Program-made: the position numbers and the translations under genes | The notes under the pieces: generated by a model | What the model was told of the DNA's origin: nothing | The model's input: the letters and a program-made list of their open reading frames with translations, nothing else | Databases searched by the model: none | In this document: positions 7,974-14,419 of the stretch, one piece after another | Layout: each line of letters begins with the position of its first letter | How positions within the stretch are numbered: position 1 is the first letter of the stretch | IMG/VR virus record: IMGVR_UViG_3300033412_000035 | Direction: 5' to 3' (one strand) | Source of the DNA: a virus | Length of the DNA: 40,141 nt

Positions 7974-8936
7974 TTAATGAGCCGCCCACGCCGGCGACGG
8001 GAGCATCGGCTTCTTGCCGGTCTCCTGTTCTATTCGCTTGACCACTACATTCTTGATGCGAACGTAGCATGGCGAGCGGTCTCGATCGTTGAGGTTGCGA
8101 CCCACCAACCAATCTACATACCCAGAGTCAGCAGACAGCGACATCAGCGCCTTCCTGAAAAGCTCCGGGGATATGCGCTTGACCCTGCTTTGCGCCGGAA
8201 CTTCTAGAACCAGGCGACGGTAAAGCCACATCGTTATGGTGAGCGACAGGTTGCCCCAGAGCCGAAAGTTCTCGTGGTCGCGACCCCATGCGGCTAGGGC
8301 TATCTGGAGGAACCCCGCAAGCCTTCGGATGTCCTCCTCGCTGGTCTCGCGAGCGACCGACATTGCACTTTCACCGCCTGCGGTCGGGACCTCCTTGGCA
8401 GATGCCGACCAACAACGCAGGACCGCGCTCATACCAAGCAGCGGCGCGTTGGTTCCTCGTCGAATCTGGTCGTATCCAACAAACGGGCACTCCTGGCGCA
8501 GAAGAGATAGCGCACTGAACGCTCCCTCGAGCCCTCGCAGGATGTCATCCGGTCGCATCCGCACGAGTTGCGAGTTGAGATTTACGTACTCCTCCCCCAT
8601 CGCAGCCATGTCCTCAAAATAATGCACTCGAATATCGACATACCCCTCTTCGCACCCGGAAAGCAGAAACGCCTCGCGCCTGTGCTGACCGTCGAGCAGG
8701 TATATTCGCTTTCCAACGATCCCGAGAGTCATCACCCCGGGGATAACCCCATCATCCTGCTTAATGGCATCCGCCACGGAGCGCACTTTCTCGTTGACCC
8801 GTAATGGACGCTGAAACGTAGGAAGCTCCCACGTCCGCACCAGCTCAGGAGTCACTAGAACCGTATCCACGGTAGTCCTTGTCACTCGTTGCGGCGCGCT
8901 ACTCGGTTTGACGATCTTGAGCTGCGGTATAGACAT
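7974..8936 (-). CDS. DGQHR-motif ParB/Srx-superfamily protein (DndB-like), 320 aa
   Basis: AAGGGAGGA lies 6 nt before the ATG at 8936. The sequence KRIYLLDGQHRREAF contains the DGQHR signature. The gene sits in a marked low-GC stretch. Confidence 0.7.
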   Translation of the reverse strand: MSIPQLKIVKPSSAPQRVTRTTVDTVLVTPELVRTWELPTFQRPLRVNEKVRSVADAIKQDDGVIPGVMTLGIVGKRIYLLDGQHRREAFLLSGCEEGYVDIRVHYFEDMAAMGEEYVNLNSQLVRMRPDDILRGLEGAFSALSLLRQECPFVGYDQIRRGTNAPLLGMSAVLRCWSASAKEVPTAGGESAMSVARETSEEDIRRLAGFLQIALAAWGRDHENFRLWGNLSLTITMWLYRRLVLEVPAQSRVKRISPELFRKALMSLSADSGYVDWLVGRNLNDRDRSPCYVRIKNVVVKRIEQETGKKPMLPSPAWAAH

Positions 8937-8980
8937 CGTTGATCCTCCCTTGTTCGAACCCGTGCCGGCCCCACCTTGGC

Positions 8981-9229
8981 TCATCTCGCCGCCCACCTCT
9001 CGCACGGCCCGAGCTGCATGACGCCCGCGACCTTGCCCCAGGTCTGGGCCCGCTCGAGCGCACGCGTGCACAGGCGATAGGAATCGGCGCAACCCATCAT
9101 CTGGTGCGCCTCGCCGTCCTTCACCAGCGCGGGAAAACACCACAAGTTCGGCGCGTCCTCGTGCACGGCGGTGACCGGCAGGCGCGACGCACACGCGGCC
9201 AGGAGCAGGCCGAGGAGCATGAGCCTCAC
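8981..9229 (-). CDS. Small lipoprotein (82 aa)
   Basis: The GTG at 9229 overlaps the VRR-NUC stop (GTGA). The N-terminus VRLMLLGLLLAAC has an LAAC lipobox, and the mature part has four more Cys. Hidden inside track ORF 8981-9610. Confidence 0.6.
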   Translation of the reverse strand: MRLMLLGLLLAACASRLPVTAVHEDAPNLWCFPALVKDGEAHQMMGCADSYRLCTRALERAQTWGKVAGVMQLGPCERWAAR

Positions 9230-9513
9230 GACACCGCCCCCACCGCCTTCAACGCATCCTCCGACGAGTAGACGACCTGGACTGGTAGCGTCGCCTGCTC
9301 GCACGCGAGGAAGAACTCGCGCTGCCCCGGCGACAGGTCCTCGCCCGGGCGCTTGACCTCGAGCAGGTGCCATCGCCCCCTGAAGCCCACGAGGAGGTCG
9401 GGCACGTCCTTGGCCGATATCTGCCACACGAGCGCGCCGGCGATCCTGAGCGCGCGGATGATGCCGGCCTCGTTGGCGTCGCGGCGGGAGGCGTACTTGA
9501 ACGCGTACCTCAC
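9226..9513 (-). CDS. VRR-NUC (PD-(D/E)xK) nuclease
   Basis: AGGAGG lies 5 nt before the GTG at 9513, which overlaps the upstream stop (GTGA). Motifs VPDLLV...HLLEVKRPGEDLSPGQREF. Confidence 0.7.
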   Translation of the reverse strand: MRYAFKYASRRDANEAGIIRALRIAGALVWQISAKDVPDLLVGFRGRWHLLEVKRPGEDLSPGQREFFLACEQATLPVQVVYSSEDALKAVGAVS

Positions 9514-9704
9514 GCCTGCCTCCTGTGCTTCCGCCGCTGCCATGCGTCGCGCGCGTCCCCGAGGCAGGCATGGCATCGGTCGGCGTGCGATGCGGGCGCG
9601 ACGAGGCCATAATCCACGCAGACCTTGGCGTTGCGTCGTCGTGCGCGCAGGGCCCGGACCCGCTCGGTGTTCGTAGCGTGGCGCGTGAAGAACTGTCGTC
9701 GCAT
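9510..9704 (-). CDS. Small Cys/His protein (64 aa)
   Basis: AAAGGAGGGG precedes the ATG at 9704. Contains KVCVDYG...DRCHAC. Confidence 0.55.
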   Translation of the reverse strand: MRRQFFTRHATNTERVRALRARRRNAKVCVDYGLVAPASHADRCHACLGDARDAWQRRKHRRQA

Positions 9705-9946
9705 CACCCCTCCTTTCGCAGCCGCCATACCCACCACCGCTGCGTGAACCCTCGCCATAGGATGCGGTCGTACCAGGGCTGCTCCTGGGCGTAGAGCTCG
9801 GCGTCGGCGGAGTCGCGCAGCTCGCCTTGGCGCATCCCTCGACGGGCGCGCACGAGCTCGGTCGCGGAGTCGCCCGGGTCGCCTAGCCGAGTCTTCGCGT
9901 TCTGCGCGGACTCGAGCATCACGTAGCGGTGGGCCCAGGACCTCAT
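9704..9946 (-). CDS. Hypothetical protein (80 aa)
   Basis: GGGAGGGAAG precedes the ATG at 9946. ATGA overlap with the upstream stop. Confidence 0.5.
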   Translation of the reverse strand: MRSWAHRYVMLESAQNAKTRLGDPGDSATELVRARRGMRQGELRDSADAELYAQEQPWYDRILWRGFTQRWWVWRLRKEG

Positions 9947-10116
9947 GCGTCTTCCCTCCCGATTACATCCGTGTCTCCGGGCTTGAGCGGACACTGCCAA
10001 GTTTTCGGGTCCCAGCGCGTCACCACAATCTTCCCTGCCCACGGCTCGTCGAGGAGGAGCATCCGCAGCCGACCACGACGGTTGTCCACGGCGAGGATCT
10101 CGACGCGGCACCTCAC
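9943..10116 (-). CDS. Hypothetical protein (57 aa)
   Basis: The GTG at 10116 overlaps the upstream stop (GTGA). VRCRVEILAVDNRRGRLRMLLLDEPWAGKIVVTRWDPKTWQCPLKPGD. Confidence 0.45.
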   Translation of the reverse strand: MRCRVEILAVDNRRGRLRMLLLDEPWAGKIVVTRWDPKTWQCPLKPGDTDVIGREDA

Positions 10117-10268
10117 CGCTTGACCTCGCACCCGTAGAAGCAGGCCGGCGCGACGCCCCGGACCGAGAACGGCCCGCTCACGTCGGTCTCCTCGGCCCGA
10201 TGGATCACGAAGATCCGCGTGACGGCCGGGCCGCCGCAGTTCATGCAGTAGCGGACCTGGAGCCTCAT
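10113..10268 (-). CDS. Zinc-ribbon micro-protein (51 aa)
   Basis: MRLQVRYCMNCGGPAV...ACFYGCEVKR has CxxC ... CxxxC. ATGA overlap at 10265-10268, with AGGGAGGA upstream. Not in the track. Confidence 0.55.
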   Translation of the reverse strand: MRLQVRYCMNCGGPAVTRIFVIHRAEETDVSGPFSVRGVAPACFYGCEVKR

Positions 10269-10732
10269 ACGTCCTCCCTGCGCGCCCCGCGCTTCTTCGG
10301 GCCGTCGGACTTCGGGCGCTTGAACATCGCCTCAAGCGCCTCGATCGTGTCTCTGCCACCCGAAAGGCTTCCCAGGAACGCCTTGTCGTGATCGGTCAGC
10401 TCACGCCTGACCTTCGCCGCCCTGATGACCTCCTCGGTCCTGTCCACGAGGTCGCGGAGCCTCTCAGCCTGTTCCCGGTCGAGTCGGTCGTAGCAGTCGG
10501 ACGGGCGCATATAGCCCTTCGCGTCCTCGAGGTAGCGATTGACGCAGACGAGCTTCCCGGGGTCGCCCGGAGCCTGGCGAAGCTTCTCGGTCACGAAGCC
10601 GCAGACAGCGCAAGGCCCGGCCGGACGATCCCGGAGCTGCGGCACCGCTCGCACTGGCCCGCCGGTTCGGTAGCGGTCGGCCCGCCGAGCCGCCAGCATG
10701 TCCGCCTCGAATTCGTCCTCGTCGTCGCTCAC
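10265..10732 (-). CDS. Hypothetical protein (155 aa)
   Basis: Overlaps the replication gene stop by 4 nt. Acidic N-terminus, CAVCG motif. Confidence 0.6.
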   Translation of the reverse strand: MSDDEDEFEADMLAARRADRYRTGGPVRAVPQLRDRPAGPCAVCGFVTEKLRQAPGDPGKLVCVNRYLEDAKGYMRPSDCYDRLDREQAERLRDLVDRTEEVIRAAKVRRELTDHDKAFLGSLSGGRDTIEALEAMFKRPKSDGPKKRGARREDV

Positions 10733-11730
10733 GTTGCGTCACCTCGCCCCAGAAGTTCACGAACCACCCTGCTTGGAGCCGGCGCCGGCGGTCCTGCGCG
10801 CGGCTTCTGCGCGTTCGAGCTGTCGTAGGCGGCCTTCGCCTCGGCCAGGTAGTCCGCGAACTTCTCGGGCCCGAAGAGCGTGGAAGGCCGGAGGTACTCG
10901 TTCATCCGCTCGTCGTCGGACCATCGGTTTGCGCGGTCCCAGACGACCATCCGCAGGTCGAGTTCGCTGTACCCGTCGCGCAAAAGCCGAACGATTCGGC
11001 GAGCGTGTATCAGCGTGGTTGGCCGGTAGTCGCGCCCGCTGCGTTCCGAGAGCTTCCCCAGGACGGCCTCGACGGACGCCTTCTCGTCCGCGGTCGGGTC
11101 GGCTGGCTTTGGCTTCTTGCGCCGATGCCTCGCCTGTCTGACTCCCGTCCCCTCTGCCAGTTCGAAATCGGACGGATCCCCCCCTTTGGGGGGTAAGGGG
11201 GGTTCTGGATCTGGATCTCTTGGAGCAGGAGAAGGAGAAGGAGAAGGAGCGCTGGATTGGGCTGGACGACCGCTGGACGACCGCTGGACGACCGCTGGAC
11301 CGGCTGGGTCCAGCCGGCTGGATGACCGCTGGCTAACCATGCGACCTTTCTCGTCGCGGGTGGCTGTCGCAGCTCGAGCCTTACCGCCGGCCTGTGCGGT
11401 CGATCGGCTGTCCTCGAGCCACTCGATCCGCCCCTCTGTTCCCTTCACCCGCACGTGACGGCACCCGGGCGGGTGTTGGTCGGGCTCCGAGCAGTCCATC
11501 CATTCGCCGAGAGCCGCCTGAACGATGTGGGTAGCCGGATCGTCGCCCTCGAAGAACGCGGCCAGAAAAAAGTACGGGATGTCGTATCTGCATCTCTCCG
11601 TGCACCAGGACCAGACCCGGGCCATCTTGATGAGCGCATGGTCGGAGTCGGCGAGCCCGGCGCGCTTGGCCAGGACGGTAAACCGGGGGTCGGTGAACGC
11701 CTGCGGCTCGATCCTGACTGACGCCCCCAT
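10729..11730 (-). CDS. Replication initiator-like protein with a conserved phage C-terminal domain
   Basis: The C-terminus VEAVLGKLSERSGRDYRPTTLIHARRIVRLLRDGYSELDLRMVVWDRANRWSDDERMNEYLRPSTLFGPEKFADYL matches the phage replication-protein C-terminal domain (TIGR02220-type pattern YLRPxTLF...KF). The central linker is Ser/Pro-rich. Confidence 0.7.
   Translation of the reverse strand: MGASVRIEPQAFTDPRFTVLAKRAGLADSDHALIKMARVWSWCTERCRYDIPYFFLAAFFEGDDPATHIVQAALGEWMDCSEPDQHPPGCRHVRVKGTEGRIEWLEDSRSTAQAGGKARAATATRDEKGRMVSQRSSSRLDPAGPAVVQRSSSGRPAQSSAPSPSPSPAPRDPDPEPPLPPKGGDPSDFELAEGTGVRQARHRRKKPKPADPTADEKASVEAVLGKLSERSGRDYRPTTLIHARRIVRLLRDGYSELDLRMVVWDRANRWSDDERMNEYLRPSTLFGPEKFADYLAEAKAAYDSSNAQKPRAGPPAPAPSRVVRELLGRGDAT
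11178..11340. repeat. Iteron-like repeat field inside the replication gene (candidate ori)
   Basis: C7-TTT-G6 inverted repeat (11178-11193), CTGGAT x2, GGAGAA x3.5, and GCTGG(A) starting at 11251, 11261, 11272, 11283, 11294, 11303, 11317 and 11328 (mostly 11-nt phasing). Also a 12-bp palindrome CCAGCCGGCTGG at 11310-11321. Confidence 0.55.
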
Positions 11731-11898
11731 CTACCGGTCCTCCTTCGCGCCCACGTACCAGCACGGCCCGCAGACCGGCTGAGGCCCCGGGTCCAGCGCT
11801 GCGACGCGCCTCGTCTGGCCGCACCGCGAGCAGACCTGGGGGCGGTCGAGGTCCCGGGCCGCGAAGACGGAGACCTCACGCTCGTCGTCGGAGCCCAT
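11731..11898 (-). CDS. Zinc-ribbon micro-protein (55 aa), first gene of the early-left operon
   Basis: CAGGAGGCGG precedes the ATG at 11898. Contains CSRCG...CGPC. The TAG stop directly abuts the ATG of the replication gene. Not in the track. Confidence 0.55.
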   Translation of the reverse strand: MGSDDEREVSVFAARDLDRPQVCSRCGQTRRVAALDPGPQPVCGPCWYVGAKEDR

Positions 11899-11931
11899 CT
11901 AGGCCGCCTCCTGTCGTGCTACGATTGGTGG

Positions 11932-12414
11932 ATGCGATTGCGGTGGGCGGCTCTCGTGGCCGCGGTGTCGGTCCAGTCCTGCGCGGCGAGAGGGAGCTAC
12001 CACCCGGCCGAGCGAAGTGCCCGAGCCAGCTCGAGGGCGCTCTACGCAGCTGCTCTGCGCGCGCTCGAGGAGGGCGGCGTCACCGTCGAGACCAAGGACG
12101 TTGACGGCGGCATCCTGGTTACTGCATGGGAGCGGGGGGACGACTTCTCGATCCCGATGCGCTACCGGTGGCGTGTCATCGTGGATGACGGGCGCGTTCG
12201 GGTCCTGTCCGACTGCCAGAACCAGGGCGTGGGCCCGTTCGACTCGAAGGACTGGAAGCCTTGCGACCAGCAGCCGGCCGAGCGAGGAGCCGAGGCCTCC
12301 AGGCTGGCTGACGAGATAGCGGCGACCGCGCGGACTGAGCCGACGGCAGCTCCGCCGGCGAGCGCGACGTCCTCGCAGCAGGCCTCCGTCCCGATAGACG
12401 CCGGCCCTCAGTAG
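11932..12414 (+). CDS. Putative lipoprotein (160 aa), moron-like
   Basis: The N-terminus MRLRWAALVAAVSVQSC is a signal peptide plus a lipobox-like VQSC. It is a lone plus-strand gene between the early-left operon and the repressor gene. Confidence 0.55.
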   Translation: MRLRWAALVAAVSVQSCAARGSYHPAERSARASSRALYAAALRALEEGGVTVETKDVDGGILVTAWERGDDFSIPMRYRWRVIVDDGRVRVLSDCQNQGVGPFDSKDWKPCDQQPAERGAEASRLADEIAATARTEPTAAPPASATSSQQASVPIDAGPQ

Positions 12415-12421
12415 ACTGCTA

Positions 12422-12440
12422 CGGGAGCTATACACTCCCG
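12422..12440. terminator. Hairpin between convergent genes (weak terminator candidate)
   Basis: CGGGAG-ctataca-CTCCCG: a 6-bp stem with a 7-nt loop and no U tract. Confidence 0.25.
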
Positions 12441-12495
12441 ACGGCGAAGTCCGCAGAAAGCCACGGCTTCCGACATGTCCCCCCATGCCGGAGCC

Positions 12496-12729
12496 TTAGC
12501 CCGCCTGCCGGATCTGGCCCCAGAAAACCTCGAGCGTGATGCCGCAGGCGCGGCAGAACGCAGCAAGGTTCTCGTGTGAGGGCTCGGAGCGACCCGAGAA
12601 CCAGAAGGAAACCGCAGAGTCGGTTACGCCGCAGAGCTCAGCAATGACCGTCTGCCGAAGACCGGCCTGCCCAGCGAAGTGCTCTAGGCGCTCACGAATA
12701 TTGAGCGCCTCGGGTTTTACTTGACTCAC
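12496..12729 (-). CDS. XRE/Cro-CI family HTH regulator (77 aa), candidate prophage repressor
   Basis: LRQTVIAELCGVTDSAVSFWFSGRSEPSHENL is a typical HTH_3 core. The gene is monocistronic and divergent from the early-right operon. GTG start. Confidence 0.75.
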   Translation of the reverse strand: MSQVKPEALNIRERLEHFAGQAGLRQTVIAELCGVTDSAVSFWFSGRSEPSHENLAAFCRACGITLEVFWGQIRQAG

Positions 12730-12748
12730 AGGGCATTCTTAACAGACC

Positions 12749-12776
12749 CTCTAATTTAGCGTCAATCAAATTAGAG
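12749..12776. promoter_or_regulatory. Operator candidate: 9-bp inverted repeat CTCTAATTT-N10-AAATTAGAG
   Basis: Read directly in the AT-richer gap between the divergent HTH genes. TTGACG lies on the minus strand inside the spacer. Confidence 0.55.
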
Positions 12777-12812
12777 CCCTGCTTGAGACATGCTGCGCTA
12801 TCCCTGGTCGGA

Positions 12813-13154
12813 ATGGACGACCGCTCAGAGCGGGTACTCGTCGCCACCAAAGACTGGCGGGTGAAGGCGAAAGAGGCGTTTAGAAGCCTTAAACGTGGCT
12901 CTATGGCCGAATGCGCAAGGGAGATCGGCTGCAGCCAGGCCCTCGTCAACAAAATTCTGTCAGGGGAGATCGTCACCTCCGAGATGGTGGGGCCGATCTC
13001 CGATTGGCTGAGGGCGAAAGGGGCTGAGGTGCCACGCCCGCAAGCCGAGATTTCCTCGGAAGCCCAGCGCGAGCTTCTAGACGAGGCTCGTCGCCTCGAC
13101 CCCGAGTCATTCCAGAAGCTGCTTGAGTTTATTCGAGCTGTTCGCCGTCGGTAG
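12813..13154 (+). CDS. Cro-like HTH regulator (113 aa from ATG 12813; 123 aa if from TTG 12783)
   Basis: MAECAREIGCSQALVNKILSGE is an HTH-like core. First gene of the early-right operon. Confidence 0.6.
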   Translation: MDDRSERVLVATKDWRVKAKEAFRSLKRGSMAECAREIGCSQALVNKILSGEIVTSEMVGPISDWLRAKGAEVPRPQAEISSEAQRELLDEARRLDPESFQKLLEFIRAVRRR

Positions 13155-13231
13155 TAGCGAACACCACAGAAACACCTGCCGGTAGGCATTATGTTGTCCG
13201 ACGGGTGCTGGTCCACGACCGAGAGCGCGAC

Positions 13232-13369
13232 ATGAGGGAACTCGAGGAGCATGTACGCGAGCTCTGGGACGAGGAACCAGCGCTCATCGAGGTCGCGCTC
13301 AAGTACGCACGACTCCTGGCGCGAGATGCCCGGGAGCGATTCTTGAGAAAGGGTCAAGTTTGCGCTTGA
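13232..13369 (+). CDS. Possible small helical protein (45 aa)
   Basis: MRELEEHVRELWDEEPALIEVALKYARLLARDARERFLRKGQVCA. GC3-rich codons but a weak RBS. Not in the track. Confidence 0.3.
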   Translation: MRELEEHVRELWDEEPALIEVALKYARLLARDARERFLRKGQVCA

Positions 13370-13408
13370 CCTGAGGTGCCATTCTTGAGTATCGGTTAAG
13401 TCACCGAT
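13339..13408 (+). promoter_or_regulatory. Repeat and hairpin cluster before gene 13407
   Basis: ATTCTTGAG at 13339 and 13381 flank the hairpin GGTCAAG-tttgcg-CTTGACC (13352-13371). A second hairpin, ATCGGT-taagtc-ACCGAT (13391-13408), covers the ATG at 13407. Confidence 0.35.
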
Positions 13409-13715
13409 GCAAGAGAATCACCGGCCGCCTACACCGTCCACCGTTACCACCCGCGCCCTCGCCGGCGCCGCCTCCGAGCTGGCTGAGTCCCGCCACACGA
13501 TGGAGGCGGCCGGCTCGGTCATCGACGTCTTGGTCCAGCAACGGGACTTCTACCGCGCCGGGATGGCCGAAGCCGACCGGTCCGCCAAGAACTACCAGGC
13601 GGCCGGGCTCGCGCTCCTGGGCCTGCTCGGGGACCGACTCCCGCTGCGGACGGCGGAGGCCCGTGAGGTCTTCGAGGCGGCCCGCGACGCGCTCCTGAAC
13701 AAGGTGCGGCCGTGA
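13407..13715 (+). CDS. Hypothetical protein (102 aa)
   Basis: Track ORF. Helical. The next gene overlaps it by GTGA. Confidence 0.55.
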   Translation: MQENHRPPTPSTVTTRALAGAASELAESRHTMEAAGSVIDVLVQQRDFYRAGMAEADRSAKNYQAAGLALLGLLGDRLPLRTAEAREVFEAARDALLNKVRP

Positions 13716-13894
13716 CTACCCCCGACTGCACGCCGGCCGGCCACGAGCGGCTCAAGGCGAACCAGGAGGCGTGGGCGGGGCTGGAGCTGCTCGGTCGCCA
13801 GGAGGTGCCGGGGTTCGACGACGAGGCGGCCTACGAGCTGGAGCTGCGGCAGTGCGCGTGCGGCTCGACGCTGGCGGTGGAGGTGGCGCCATGA
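13712..13894 (+). CDS. Hypothetical protein (60 aa)
   Basis: GTGA and ATGA overlaps at its two ends. Confidence 0.5.
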   Translation: MTTPDCTPAGHERLKANQEAWAGLELLGRQEVPGFDDEAAYELELRQCACGSTLAVEVAP

Positions 13895-14202
13895 CGTGGA
13901 AAGAGCGCATCGAGCGCCTGCGCGCGGTGCCGGGCGGGCGCTTGGAGGTGAGAGATTTCTTCCCGGCTGGCCGGCCACCATATCGGTACGCAGAACTTAA
14001 GGTCGCCATGCCGTCACCGGATGCGGACTGGCGCCCCGCCGTAGCCGCTGTCGAGGCTGCCATCGCAACCGACGGCCACGCCACGGTGTGGACTCATTAC
14101 GAGACGCTCGTGATCGAGGTCTGTATCACCCGCCCCCTCGAGCCTGACGAAATCGAAGGCGTCGAGGTCCCCTGCCTCAGTCGGCCGGTTGAGGTCCCAT
14201 GA
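13891..14202 (+). CDS. Hypothetical protein (103 aa)
   Basis: GGAGGTGG precedes the ATG at 13891. Uses the 3' part of track ORF 13771-14202. Confidence 0.55.
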   Translation: MTWKERIERLRAVPGGRLEVRDFFPAGRPPYRYAELKVAMPSPDADWRPAVAAVEAAIATDGHATVWTHYETLVIEVCITRPLEPDEIEGVEVPCLSRPVEVP

Positions 14203-14419
14203 CCAACTATCGTCGGGACCCGAAGTACCTCACCACCTGCGAGGTCTGCGGCCAGGGGATCGTGCCGTGGAATGGGGGTACCTCGTCGCCGTGTGCCGTC
14301 GCTCTCCGCTCGCCGGCCGAGGGGAGGGCTCCGGCGCCGAGCGCGTCTGCGGCCCACGGTGCGGCGCGTCGTACGCCGTGAAAGCCATACGAAGGCTCGA
14401 GGAGGAGACCAAGAGATGA
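14199..14419 (+). CDS. Zinc-ribbon protein split over two frames (needs a -1 shift or one extra G at 14274-14278)
   Basis: The 5' part, [26 protein letters not shown], starts by ATGA coupling at 14199. The 3' part, ...[46 protein letters not shown], ends by ATGA coupling with recT at 14416-14419 in the -1 frame. Confidence 0.5.

Noticed and set aside
7974-9610. Long versions of ORFs 7974-9194 (406 aa) and 8981-9610 (209 aa)
   Set aside because: The N-terminal extensions are Arg/Gly/Ala filler that overlap better-supported genes. Strong internal starts (ATG at 8936 with AAGGGAGGA; GTG at 9229 coupled to the VRR-NUC stop) give coherent proteins.
12692-13357. 221-aa minus-strand ORF across the immunity region
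   Set aside because: It is antisense to the Cro-like HTH gene, overlaps the repressor start, and has no motif and no RBS.
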